Assembly (NCBI RefSeq): GCF_046119375.1
Contig: NW_027362896.1
Span: forward strand, 248,001-312,000
Direction of reading: 5' to 3'
Length of the DNA stretch: 64,000 nucleotides
Source of the DNA: Phyllobates terribilis
Taxonomy: Eukaryota
The notes under the pieces are model-generated. The model was not told the origin of the DNA and did no database searches. It saw only the letters and a program-made list of their open reading frames with translations. Shown piece by piece: positions 33,683-46,782 of this stretch. How positions within the stretch are numbered: position 1 is the stretch's first letter; each line of letters starts with the position of its first letter. Made by a program: the position numbers and the translations under genes.

Positions 33683-33811
33683 CTGGTTATGGAGAGACAC
33701 ATTAATAAATCTCCCTCCAGACATTTCCAGAGTCCTCACCTCTCCAGTTCTGTCCATCTGTTATTCCCATAGATAAGAATGATGTAATGTGACGTCATCA
33801 GAATCTCTCAC

Positions 33812-33889
33812 CTCTCCAGTAAGACGGAAGAGGATCTCTAGGGTGAGGTGGAATATCCTCTCCGCCATCTTCTCTCTGTCCATATCCAT
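33812..33889 (-). CDS. KRAB-ZNF gene 2 first coding segment (MDMDREKMAERIFHLTLEILFRLTGE)
   Basis: ATG at 33889. The exon acceptor is at 33953 and an in-frame TAG at 33911-33913 precedes the ATG. Confidence 0.8.
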
Positions 33890-34683
33890 CTTTGACAGGA
33901 AACTTCTCTTCTATAGAAGATATTCACTGAGAGGATCCGATATTGTAGAGACCTGAATGAGAAGAAGATGAGAAGATGTAACGTCATCAATAATTCTATG
34001 TAATAATACAATCACTGATTCTGGTATAAAGCAGTAATCTGTGGATCTGATCCTGGATGATGCCGGAAGAAGAAGTGGATTTTTATGGCGGCCATTAATG
34101 AGCTTCGCTCTGAGGACCAGAGGAGGTTCGGCCTGAACGCTGCACTCGTGGTGTGAACACAGACATATTAAAAGTAAAAGGTAGATAGTTCCTAACTGCC
34201 TTCCTTAATGTCTGCCGGAACAGAGCGGTCACGGACTGCTCCTGCTGGTGACTCTGCGGCTCCTGATGAGTCACGTAGACGGAGCAGCGGCTTCTCTTTG
34301 GCTCTGCTTTCTTGATGGGACGTGACTGACGACATCACACTGATTGTCAGCAGCCTCCCTGCGAGCAGCCAGATGTCAATCAGAGGGATGATTTATTTCA
34401 CCATGCAAGAAAAGCAGACACAAAATAGACGCACAGTGTGAATAACGGCTAATCCTGATAGAGAGTAATGGAGACTCCACATACCTCCACCTGCAGAGCC
34501 GCCACCACATATATGGCTGCTCTGTGCACACAGGACCTGTGATGAGGTCACAGGAGGGGAGGAGTCAGGGGTCACATGATCAGGGGCCTTAGTGGGTGCA
34601 GGACTCTGCTGTGCTGGTTGTCATGGTGCTGGATGAGCTGAAGTTTATGTGTGGGGTCAGGAGGGGTTTACAGTGTGGATGTA

Positions 34684-35600
34684 GCAGAGCCGCGTGTGTA
34701 CGAGGTGTACGGAGCAGAGCCGCGTGTGTACGAGGTGTACGGAGCAGAGCCGCGTGTGTACGAGGTGTAAGGAGCAGAGCCGCGTGTGTACGAGGTGTAC
34801 GGAGCAGAGCCGCGTGTGTACGAGGTGTACGGAGCAGAGCCGCGCGTGTACGAGGTGTACGGAGCAGAGCCGTGTGTGTACGAGGTGTACGGAGCAGAGC
34901 CGCGTGTGTACGAGGTGTACGGAGCAGAGCCGCGTGTGTACGAGGTGTAAGGAGCAGAGCCGCGTGTGTACGAGGTGTACGGAGCAGAGCCGTGTGTGTA
35001 CGAGGTGTAAGGAGCAGAGCCGCGTCTGTACGAGGTGTAAAGAGCAGAGCCGCGCGTGTACGAGGTGTAATGAGCAGAGCCGCGCGTGTACGAGGTGTAA
35101 TGAGCAGAGCCGCGTGTACGAGGTGTAAAGAGCAGAGCCGCGTGTACGAGGTGTAAAGAGCAGAGCCGCGCGTGTACGAGGTGTAATGAGCAGAGCAGCG
35201 TGTACGAGGTGTACGGAGCAGAGTCGCGCGTGTACGAGGTGTAAGGAGCAGAGCCGCGCGTGTACGAGGTGTAAAGAGCAGAGCCGCGCGTGTACGAGGT
35301 GTAATGAGCAGAGCCGCGTGTACGAGGTGTAAGGAGCAGAGCCGCGCGTGTACGAGGTGTAAGGAGCAGAGCCGCGCGTATACGAGGTGTAAAGAGCAGA
35401 GCCGCGCGTGTACGAGGTGTAAAGAGCAGAGCCGCGTGTACGAGGTGTAAAGAGCAGAGCCGCGCGTGTACGAGGTGTAATGAGCAGAGCCGTGTGTGTA
35501 CGAGGTGTACGGAGCGGAGCCGCGCGTGTACGAGGTGTACGGAGCGGAGCCGTGTGTGTACGAGGTGTACGGAGCGGAGCCGTGTCTGTACAAGGTGTAA
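34684..35600. repeat. 30-bp CpG-rich VNTR upstream of gene 2 (GGAGCAGAGCCGCGYGTGTACGAGGTGTAM variants)
   Basis: Paralog of the 14645-15727 array, more heterogeneous, with 28-30-bp units. Confidence 0.95.
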
Positions 35601-35619
35601 GGAGAGCAGCTTTGAGTTG

Positions 35620-35702
35620 AACCGTGTGCTCCCTCTTCACCCGACCTAATCCTAGTGACAACTTGTGGGCCCGTCTTAAATGGGAGATTTACGGTGAAGG
35701 AT
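35620..35702 (+). mobile_element. Small Tc1 transposase fragment
   Basis: Reads PSSPDL..P.DNLWARLKWEIYGEG, similar to the [11 protein letters not shown] motif. Confidence 0.5.
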
Positions 35703-38700
35703 ACTGGATCGCCCACAGGTCAAGAAGCTGACAGATTCCATGTTTGGCACTTCTGACTGTTTCCAATTAGTTGCACAATAATTCTGCAGACAAAGATATT
35801 CCCCTGACATCCAGGAGCTCATACACAAGGGGATAGCGTCCATCAACTGGCGAAAGACAAAAATGAGCAACCACACATTATGGCAGGCGTTGCACTAAAT
35901 AAGGAAAGAGCCTTTGACTGCGGTGGCCCCTCCCCGGGCCATGGCGATTGGTGATCCCCCTTCGCTGCCCCTTACTGACTTCCCCTTAAAGATAGGAAGT
36001 CCCTGAAGGGACCAATGAAGTGACAGGGACGGCTGCCACAAGCCGTCCCATGGTTATATAAACAAGGGGATGTCCTTCCTTTTTCCCTGGTGGTCCTAGA
36101 ATCGAGCGTGAACGAGACTGGTGATGGCGTTCTTCCACACATCGGAGACCCTCCTCCAGCCGCAGGAATGGGTGAGTGCGATATAACTGGAAGGGGAAGT
36201 AGTAACACACACTTGATAGCGGCCCTTAAAGCCCTAGTTGAACAACTATCAGTGCCGCCAGGCCCGACAAATACAACAAAAGTTACACCGCCATTAGCTT
36301 GCGTGCACAAGGACGCATTCTTTTGTGGGATTAGTCCATTAGGATCACACATAGATGAGGAAACCAAAACATGGAATAACGATTACATCGACATATGGTC
36401 ACTCGTATCCGCTGACCAGCATACTATAGCAAACAGAGAAGGATAGCCGACAGACCGTTCGACAAACACAGACAAAAGGTCGCAAAAACAATGAGTAACT
36501 GGCTACAAGCGTTTGCATTATGGGCCAAAAGCATCCGGAACGCTGTTCGGAATTATTCATATACCAAGTTATGGTGTATTACTCGTACAAAGCCCACGGC
36601 GGTTCAGCATGGTGGTGCGACGACAACGAGTTCCGGAGGCGGTTGGCCCTTCAACCACAGCTAGGCTGGGGGGTAAAAGCTACAGAAGTTTGGCTACAAC
36701 TAATGCTATCACAAAAACACCATCCCTTTCCAACAGCAACTACTGGACAACCGACAACAGCAGGCCAAATTCAGTGGCCGTACGAAGATCAGGGGCCTGC
36801 TGGCAGTGTAACGTGGGACATTGTCGTTTCTACGCCTTATGCAGATACAAACACGAATGCTCAGCCTGCGGGGGAGCCCACCCCACGGCAAAATGTTCTC
36901 ATCCCGCAAGCAAATTATCAATTAAACTCCCACAGGCAGAATCCAAGGACCCCTGTAAGCGTAGCCGCGAAAGGCCCTTGGCTAGAGAGATATCCTAGAA
37001 AAGAAGCAGCGGGGCACTTACGTTTTGGTTTCACATACTTTTTTTTTAGCCCATTCAAGCTCAATAAATCACCCACTTTTTCAAATGACCTAAAATCAGC
37101 AAGAGAGCACCCCGAAATACTTAGAAAAAAAATTCAAAAAGAAGTAGCTCTAGGCAGAATAGCGGGCCCCTTCCCAAAACTACCACTAAGTAATCTAAGA
37201 GTTTCCTCATTGGGAATAATCCCCAAAAAAGAGTCAGCTTCATTTCTCCTGATCCACCATTTGTTTTACCCGAAAGGAGAGTCTGTGAACAACGGTACTT
37301 CGTCGGAAGACGCCTCGGTCTCCTACGCGTCCTTCGACAGAGCAGTAATGTTAGTACGAGATGTGGGGCCGGGAGCGCTGCTCGCTAAATCAGACATAGA
37401 ATCCGCCTTTTGCCTACTACCAGTACACCCAGATTGCTACCACCTGTTGGGATGCCTAGTGGACAACGACTACTTCTACGACACTTGCCTCCCAATGGGT
37501 TGTTCAATATCTTGCTATTACTTAGTTATTCAGTTCCTTCCTGGAATGGGTGCAGAGGTACGAAACCAGCAATAGGTCCGTCACACATTATCTAGATGAC
37601 TCCCTATTCGTCAGACCCAAAAATTCAAACCAATGCCAATCACTACTGAACTAATTCACAAACATCTCTTGACGGTTCGGAGTCCCTTTATGCCCAACAA
37701 AAATCGTAGGCCCCACAACTAAGCTATCATTCTTGAGCATCGAAATCGTCACAACGGAAAGGTTGTTCCACCTCCCAACGGAAAAAATACAAAAAACATT
37801 ACACCTGATCGAGGGATTTTGCGCAGTAAGGAAAGTAGCACTACAGCAGATGCAAGTGTTACTAGGCCTTCTCATGTTTGCGAGCTGGGTGATGCCAGTC
37901 GACAGGGTTTTTCTTATCGCTCGCTACAAAAAAGATATCAAAAGCGAATCACAGAATCAGAATCAACAGGCAGCTACCGATGGACTTAGAGGTGTGGAAA
38001 ACCTTTTTACAATCATTCAACGGTCACACGTTACTCATGTCAGCAGAACAGTCCAACATTGAGTTAAAATTATTCACCAGGGTGGCAGAATCGGGCGATT
38101 ATGCAGCAATATTAGATAACCAATGGTGCACGGGCTTATGGCCTCCTTATTGGTCAGAACAAAGACTGACAAAAAAAACAGACACTTCTTGAACTCTTCC
38201 CGATAGTGGCAGCAACAGAACTATGGGGCACGCGCCTGGCGAACAAAAATATACGTTTCATAACAAAAAACACCAGCCTAGTGCACTGTATAAACAAGAT
38301 GGCATCGTCTCTCCCAGTGCTAGGTCTACTACGCAACTATTAACGCTTTATCACAATTTAATTGGCAGGTTTTCAGAGAGCTCCTTTTGCCCCCCATCCC
38401 TATAGGATCTAGTGGTGAACAGCTGATGCCATTAATCTGAGAGTCAGTCACCCCGTCGACGTGGCAAGCAATACGGTAAGGCATGGGAAGAGTGGACACG
38501 ATTAGTGGCAGGCAGACGGGTTGACCAATGTGACCAAGCCAGGTTAGAAGTCACCATATAATTTCTCCACCAGCTAATAATGAAAGGCTTGTCAGGGGCG
38601 TCGGCGCAGCAGTGGCTGGCCGGAATGGCATTTCATTTCCAACTCTGAATTGGGGAGACCCAGCTGGCAGGGGCACTTGGGTGCTTGTACAACCCACAAA

Positions 38701-38835
38701 AGGGACACTTTGTCCGGTTAAAATACCTAAAACATATATAGCCATCAGACCACAAAGCAATTTCTTCTTATCACACATCGACGGATCCCCATTAACAAGA
38801 TACCAGTTCCAATGAATATTTAATAAATGCCTAAT

Positions 38836-40398
38836 GTGCCTCCTCTCAGTGGTCCATGGGTCTCACTGGCCTCCGTGTAAGCCCTGGTTCCCGACTCACT
38901 GGGGCTGTACTTCTACATTGCCCGGGTCGATTGGCAGACCAATCATCAGCCAATCTGGCAGCCTCATCCAGGCTGAGTGGTTTTCTATCTGCCACCCATT
39001 CTTTTAAATTACCTGGGAGCTTTGACATAAATTGTTCCAACATGATTATGTCCATTACATGTTCTGCTTCCCGAGCCCCCAGTCCTTCTATACACCGAGT
39101 GCATGCCGTACGTAGCGTGTTGGCAAACTCCCGATGTGTGTGTGCAGTGGGCTTGTCAGTCTCCCGAAACTTCCTCCGGTAGGTTTCCAGTGTGACTGCA
39201 TACCTCTGATCCACCGAACACAAGTTATTAAAAGCTTCTCTTGCTTTTCCGGTCAGGCCAACGCTCAAAAATCTGGGCCAGTCACTGACTGACACCTCAT
39301 GCAGCAGGAAGAGGTTCTCAAATAACCAGAGATGTTCATCAATATCTGAGGTGTCCTCATTAAACTGTGGTATATCTTGGTACCTTAAAGATGTAGGCCC
39401 CTCTCTCCTGTTATCCATTGTCCTCTGCACTGGGGCGGGTGGGAGTATTGCTACATGCACACCCAGATATTTGCTTAGCACTGCCGTCCACTCCATCTCC
39501 GTGGCCCGCTCTCCTAGTGTGTCCAGCAGCCGCCTCAACTCGGTTGATCCTCTGCCATCTAGATGACAGCCCTGGGCTGTGGTCCCTCCACGGAGATGCC
39601 CTCCTTCACGTCTGAACTGACTTCCTCCTGTGACTGTTCACAGTCCCAATCGTCCAAGCGTTGTATTAGGGTCGCACGGTTATCCTCCGGCAACCACTCT
39701 AGCTCTCTCCCAGAACAAAGAGTTCTCAGCTCCTCCGTTTTGAGCCTCTTGTAGATGGAGTCTGCCATCTCTTCTGCCAAGTAACCGCTCAGTAACTTTC
39801 CCTGGTATGCTGTCCAGAGATAGGTGATCCCACCGCTTGCCACCACTTGTAGAGATCTGAGGTTGTGGGTTGTAAGTAATCACCTAGGCAGGTTAACGAT
39901 GCGTCAATATTTTATTGATCACAGCCATGGTAATAAAGGAATTCCAGGTAAATGGCCAAAATACAGTTCTCTCAGTCCTCAAATTCCCAATCTGGGTTCA
40001 GTAGTTCCACTGGCTTTGTATCAAGCCATACTCACTGTCTCCCAACTTTTGTTTGGCCCACAGATTTTCGTATCTCCAACCAGTATAGTCTGTAGCCACA
40101 GTCTATGATCCTCCAGACGGCAGATAAAACAATGAAAGCACAGGTATCCAGTAGCAGCAGTCCTTTGAAGAAAGTTTAAATCCAAGCGACATAATCCATA
40201 GTGGTAACATGTTTATCCATCCATCCTTCCAAGTCTACAGTCTCCATCCTCTTCCTTCAATCCTTCCACACAACTCTCACTCTAGCATGTGTCTGTTTTC
40301 CTCCCTGGGGTCAGCCCCCTCCAAAGGTCAGAAGTGATGACACCCTCCCCCTTAGCGTTGTGGTGACAGCTCCACTGTGTCCACTCTTTCCCTCTACA
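38836..40398 (-). mobile_element. Truncated Gmr1-like element C (one LTR, tRNA-Leu PBS, SCAN-like gag) inside the Ngaro YR gene
   Basis: LTR 39848-40398 (TGTAGAG..CTCTACA), PBS-like TGGTGGCAAGCGGTGGGAT at about 39827-39845, and gag YRRKFR..IMLEQFMSKLP..WV..RKPLSLDEAARLADDW. Confidence 0.85.
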
Positions 40399-40799
40399 TA
40401 AGGGGTCCCTTGGCTGAAAGAACAATGGTCCAAGGCCCCTGAGATAAGGTCACTGAATGGAATGGATACCGAAGATTGAACTGATGAGCAAACAAATCAC
40501 TAACAAAACACAGCAAGCAAATTTCTAACAAAATGCAAAAATAAGATCGATGAAAATGGGTGCTCAGTGCTGGAAAAGTATTTAGGCCAGGTCCTCACAC
40601 CTAACATCAGCAGGGAATTCCCCTAAAGAGTACGGAACGCACTCATTCCGCATAGGCACAGCCATGGAAGGAGCAAGAGCAGGACTGTCAGAAATAGAAG
40701 TTCAAAGGATAGGGAGATGGCGATCCGCTTGTTTCGTGAGATACATAAGACCGGACTTGTTATCTTAGCGTGGTTTGTTTTCTTCCAGGTGACACGAAG

Positions 40800-41412
40800 C
40801 CAACAGTTTGGGTTATAGGCCACTCGTACATATACTGGGCAGAAAAAAGGGCGAAAGTCCGCCGAGGCGGGAGGAACTTGGGGTTTCGTGAGACATATTT
40901 CAACTGGAGAGGCATTAGAGACCTGTGATGGCCACAGGTACTCCTAGAGGTGATCGAGATAGGGAAAGGAGCAAGAGGTCTGGTCATCTTAATCATACAC
41001 GCCGGGGGAAACGACCTTGGCCATTACAAGAGTGTAGAATTAATTACAATGATGAAGCTAGACACGGGGCGCTTCAGAGCATTTTTCCCAAAATTAACGA
41101 TAGTGTGGTCGGAGATAGTGCCGAGAGTGGTATGACGAGGTGCTCGAGACAGCCATCGAACGAACAAAGCGGATAATCAAAGCACGGATGGAAAAACTTG
41201 TAAAGGACACAGGCGGGGTAGTGATACGACACCGACAACTGGAAGGGGATAAAACAGGCCTTATAATGCCCGATGGAGTTCCCTTAACAGATATTGGTCC
41301 GGATATATTTTTGTCAGGGCTCCAAGACGGAGTCGAGCAAGCGTTAAGCGAGATGGGTGGGGGTCGGAGTCCTGCATGCAGGTATGCAGGATCCTCCATG
41401 GCCTGGAAATAA
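40800..41412 (+). pseudogene. SGNH/GDSL hydrolase-like ORF of the Ngaro element, frameshifted
   Basis: VWVIGHSYIYWA (block I), HAGGNDLG (block III), and DGVP in place of the catalytic DGVH. Confidence 0.75.
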
Positions 41413-41974
41413 AGGATATGTTAGAAAGTTCCACTTGTTGGCCGACTTGACTGTGTGGAGACACAGGGCATGGGGCAACGAGCGAATGGAAAAAATGAAA
41501 TGCCTTTCTAATAAAATGAATGGAAATAGTTAATAAAGCTGTGACCGATCCTCATCCATCCAGTTGTACGTGGTACATTATTGGCAAGGAAAGGGGCGGC
41601 GGTAGGGGGGCTGAGCGTCGGGGTTTGGTTGGGGGTCCCCGCAGTCTACTTATTAATCCACAAAGCAGTAAATATCCTAGAAATCAAGACTCTCTTCACC
41701 TTAACCATGAAGCTTCTGATTACTATATCCTGAGTTATCTATTAGTACCATCTAAATAGAGCGAGTTCTGGGTCAGTAAGATGAATGATGATGGGAGTGT
41801 ACGTGCATGAAGGAAGCTGTCAGTTTGTATGCACCTTCATTACCTCACTATGGCTGTATACATGTTTGTATGTATTTCAGCCATTAACTCCTTGTTCGGT
41901 CTAAGATGATGTAAGGTGGCTTCCGGACACATAGTTGATGGGAAGTATGTATCACAGAGGTGGTTGTCCTAGAC

Positions 41975-43430
41975 CAGGGGTCTCAAACTCAGCTGGGCAT
42001 ATGGGCCGCACACGGAAAAACATTTAATTTGGGGGGCCGCATTATTTGCATGACAAAGTGACATTTTTAGTGATACCATTTTATTTTCTATACACCTTTT
42101 GAACTGGTCTTCGTCTTGCAGACATGGTCTCCCCTCCAGGTCCCCCATATTGCAGACATGGTCTCCCCTCCAGGTCCCCCATATTGCAGACATGGTCTCC
42201 CATCCAGGTCCCCCATATTGCAGACATGGTCTCCCATCCAGGTCCCCCATCCAGCAGACATGATATCCCATCCAGGTCCTCCATATTGCAGACATGGTCC
42301 ATGGTCCCCCATATTGCCGACATGATCCCCCATTTTGCAGACATGGTCCCCCATCCAGCTCCCCCATATTGCAGACATGGCCTTCATATTGTAGACATGG
42401 TCCCCATGTTGCAGACATGGTCCCCCATCCAGGTCCCCAATATTGCAGACATGGTCCCCCATATTGCAGACATGGTCCCCCATATTGCAGACATGGTCCC
42501 CCATATTGCAGACATTGTCCCCCATCCTGGTCCTTATGTTGCAGACATGTCCCCCATCCAGGTCCCCATGTTGCAGACATGTCCCCCACCCAGGTGTCCC
42601 CCCCATACTGCACTCAGGGTCCCCGTCCCCCCATACTGCGCTCAGGGTCCCCGCTCCCCCCATATTGCACTCAGGGTCCCCGTCCCCTCATACTGCACTC
42701 AGGGTCCCCGCTCCCCCCATACAGCTATCAGGGTCCCAGCCCACCCCATACAGCGCTCAGGATCCCCGTCCCCATCCCCCCATACTGCGTTGAGGGTCCC
42801 CGTCCCCCCATACTGCGCTCATGGTCCCCGCCCCCATCCCCCCTTACTGCGTTCAGGGTCCCCGTCCCCCCATACTGCGCTCAGGGTGCCCGTCCCCCCA
42901 TACTGCGCACGGTGCCCCCCCCATACTGAGCACAGGTCCCCTGTGCTGTATTTCACATGACAGAGAAAAAAAAAAAAAGATTCTCACCTGTCCTCCGTTC
43001 CCTCGGCGTCCTTTCTGCACCTGTGGCCCAGCAGGCACCATAGACCCTGTAACCATCGCGGCTCTCTCCAGCCGCCGCCGACATCAGCGCTGTATTGCAG
43101 TGTATTGCCGCTCAGAGACCGGCTCTCTGCACAGCAATATCAGTGCCAGCCGCCAGCCTATCAGAGGCCAGCAGCTGACATCTGCGCGTGTCAGTGACGT
43201 CATACGCCGCCGCGCTGGGACGCAGATGTCAGCTGCTGGCCTCTGATAGGCCGGCGGCTGGCACTGATATTGCTGTGCAGAGAGCCGGTCTCTGTGCGGC
43301 AATACACTGCAATACAGCGCCGATATCAGCGGCTGCTGGAGAGAGCTGCGATCATTACGGGGTCTATGTGCCTGCGGGCCGCAAGAAGCAGCCGGAGGGG
43401 CCGCATCGGGCCGCGTGTTTGAGACCCCTG
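41975..43430. mobile_element. Non-autonomous hAT element, copy B
   Basis: Same TIRs and TCCTAGAC TSD (41967-41974 and 43431-43438) as copy A, with a different minisatellite content. Confidence 0.93.
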
Positions 43431-46400
43431 TCCTAGACTGTCTCTAAAGTGCCCCTGTTGGAACTGTTTCCTTTGTTTTGCCTCCATTGAAAGGCCGTTT
43501 ATTTTCCTATGCTTGTGATGTGGTTTATGAAGAACCAATAACCCAGCAAGGACATATAAATGGAAGCGGTTCCTGTGTTACCTCACCACGCACCCAAGTG
43601 AGTAGCATTCCCACAATTGGTGTTAGAAATACGGGCAGCGTTCCCAGGGAACACGTGTGACTGGTACAGAGGTACTGCATGCCCTGGGTAAAGGCGGCAT
43701 GGAGAACCTAGTGAAACACCTGGTACAAGCCCAGCTGTAGCAGCAGTACCAAAAACAGCTGGCGCAACAGGAGCCAAATAAGCTGCTTATGCAACCGAGG
43801 TTCGTGGCATGGCGGCAGCTTCGACTCCAAGGTCAGCTGATTTCTCCATCCAGAAGGAAGTAAGGAGAGCCCTGCAGAAAATGACCAAGGGTGACGACAC
43901 AGAGGCCATTTTTGAAAGATTCGCCGAGAGGGAGAAACTCTCGCCAGGGCAATGTGCTGATGCCACACTTAACGGGGAGCTCCAGAAGGCCTACTCTGAC
44001 TTAGCCTTAAAAGATGCGCTTAGGAGTGACAATGACTGTCAGGGTACAACGTGTCCACCGCTGGGCATATCACTGTGACAAACCCCCTCCCTACCAAATG
44101 TTTGATTTGCTGAACCACGTCCAAAAATGGTTGCAGGCAAAGACCTCTACCCCTGTGCAGATGGTAGAGTGAGTGGTAATGTACCGGTTTGTGCACTCCT
44201 TTCCGAGGCCAATACAGACTTGGGTTGCCCAGGGGGATCCCCAGAATGCAGATGACCTGGTCAGACTGTTCGAAAGATATCACGGGGTGGATGGTTCCTT
44301 GGGGACCCCCAAAAAGGGGTGGGTCATCCAAGGTCAAAAGGCTCAGGGGAGGATATACCAAAGTTTCCAGCTGGCAATATATGCTGAAAATATCACGGCC
44401 CAGGCCATATAGCCCCCCATTGTCCCCTGACTTCCGAGCAGATGGACTGTAGCCTGGGTTGCCACTGTTCATACTATGTGTATCCAGTTTGCAGTGCGAT
44501 CTTTCCACGCAACAAGGGGCCACAAGCTTGTCCCGTAATGGGGAATGGTCGGCAAGTGACTGGACTGCTAGGCTTAGAAAGTTTGTTGACCCTCGTGAGG
44601 GCCACATTTCCTCTCCAGCTGATCCCTGGAAAGAAGGTTGACGTCAATTGCTTTCACGAGGATGCTAAAGGCTATCCAGTGGCCAGAGTGGACATTGGAA
44701 TGGGCCAAGTTACTGAGTCCCATGAGATTGGCGTGGTCTAGGACTTACTGCACCCCATTATTATAGGCCAGGACTTTTGTTTGTTTTGGGACTTTTGGGG
44801 GAGGGCGACAGTGCTCGATTAAGAGATGGGTCACCCCTAAAGAACTGTCACCACACTCAGAGTCTGACTGGTTTCCCTTCTGTGTCCTTATGGGGGATGA
44901 CAAGGTAGTGTCCCTTGGGGCCAACATACCTGATGTAGGGGTGACCGGTGAAAATGTTAGGTCCGCCCGTGATAGGGAGCTAATGCTAAAGGATCCATTA
45001 ATAGCGCCAGAGCCAGGGGCTGACACCAGGTTTCCCTATTTTATGTTGAGTGGGGAGTTATTGTACAGCGTTAAGGTCAGAGAGGAAATAGTGGAGCAAT
45101 TGTTGGTACCCTGACCATGTAGACGAAGGATGATGGACATGGTCCATTTACATGTCTTGACCATTTGGATGTGAATAAAATTGGATAAAACTTTAGAACA
45201 GGTTGTGCGGAGGTTCTATTGGCCTGGATGTCACCAGGAAATCTTAAAGTATTGCAGGTCTTGTCCCACCTGCCAGATAATCGCCCCTCCTCTCACTTTC
45301 GACGTTCCCTCGTACCATTACCCATCATAGAAGTGCCGTTTGAACGAATTGCCATGGACTTGGTCCATCACCTGGTTAAATCTGCTTGTAGGCATCAATA
45401 CATATTGTTCATCCTTGACTATGCTACGTGGTACTCTGAAGCGGTTCCCATGAGAAACTCCTCTGTGGTAAGTAAAGCCCACGAGTTGGTACACATTTTT
45501 TTCCTGGACCGGATTACCGGGGGAGATACTTACCGACCAAGGAACAGCCTTTATGAGTAAGGTGATGAGGGAACTGTATAAGGCCCTGCAAATTACACAA
45601 CTGAAGACATCCATGTACCATCCTAATGGACGGCCTTGTGGAAAGGTTAAATAAAACATTGAAGAGTATGCTTAAGAAGGTCATATAGAAGGACGGTCAA
45701 GACTGGGACTGTCTCCTCCCGTATCTGTTGTTTTCTATCCGGGAGGTTCCAAAGCCTCGACCGGATTCTCTCCATTTGAACTTCTATATGGCCGACATGT
45801 AAGGGGTCTCCTTGATATAGCGAAGGATTCCTGGGAAGCCGAGGTTACGCCCCATCGGAGCATCATTGAGGATGTCACCAAAATGTAGGAGATGATTGCT
45901 AAGGTGATGCCCATCATAAAAGGACATTTCCTCCAGGCACAATTGGCTCAATCTAGGGTCTACAACTGGTCAGCCAGGCTGAGGCAGTTCAGCCCCGGGG
46001 ACAGAGTCCTTGTACTAATTCCCAGGGTGGAGAGTAAGTTTTTGGCCAAATGGTAAGACCCCTATGAGGTGGTAGAGAAGCTTGGTGAAGGGAACTACAA
46101 GGTCCATCACAGATCTACCTCTCTGTACTCGATATCAACTCCTTACTAACCAGAATACCACAATGTCTGTCTGCTATTTCATCTTTCTTCTCTGCTAGGT
46201 TCCGAAAACTTAATATGGATAAAAACGAATTCATGACATTTCCACCATCTCACTCAACCCCCCTCCTGACCTATCTATCAAAGTCAATGGCCACCCACTC
46301 TCCCCAGTCTCACAAGCTCGCTGCCTCTGGGTAACCCTTGACTCTAATTGTTATGTTCTGCTACCAGAGCTAAGGAAAGAGAGGAGATCTGTCCCTACGA

Positions 46401-46782
46401 TAGAACTCAGCTTAATCCCTACGATGTAACAGGGGACCTGATCCTGCGATCAGACCTGCTAAAGTCCTAAGCTAGTCTGTACGGAGACCTATAGATGTGG
46501 GGAAGGAATCCCTACAAGTACTAAGGACTGGGAGGAATATGGGACACCTCCTAACAGAAATAGTAGCAGACAGACGAACAAACAAAATATATAGAACATA
46601 GAGGTCAGTAGACCAAGCAAACTAACAGAGCAAGACACAGAGCACAGGCTAGCTAGAAAGTAGATATACAATGAAGTCCAGCAAAGCCAGAAGGGCGGAG
46701 CAGGATTAAATAGGCTAACAAGGTCATGTGACCAGCAAAGGAAAAAAAACCTAAGAGCAAGGTTCTAACAGTACCCCCCCTT

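Larger units (their letters stand above)
15732..33772 (+). repeat. Segmental duplication, copy A (pairs with 41725 to beyond 64000)
   Basis: Collinear identity, for example 15762 vs 41755. ORF pairs show offsets of about 26000, 30924 and 30467/8 after copy-specific insertions. The window shows the pairing only up to about 33530. Confidence 0.95.
35703..41720 (+). mobile_element. Ngaro-like tyrosine-recombinase retrotransposon, decayed; termini unresolved
   Basis: Gag with CWQCNVGHCRFYALCRYKHECSACGGAH finger; RT LAKSDIESAF..LPMGCSISC..HYLDD (37589-37600); RNase H; YR CPV..HIDGSPLTRYQF and THSFRIG..GRWRS..RYIR (40640-40760); SGNH-like ORF. Confidence 0.85.

Noticed and set aside
33890-33953. 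In-frame fusion of upstream SCAN-like gag to gene 2 through the exon acceptor at 33953
   Set aside because: An in-frame TAG at 33911-33913 lies between the acceptor and the ATG and blocks a phase-0 fusion at this exon.
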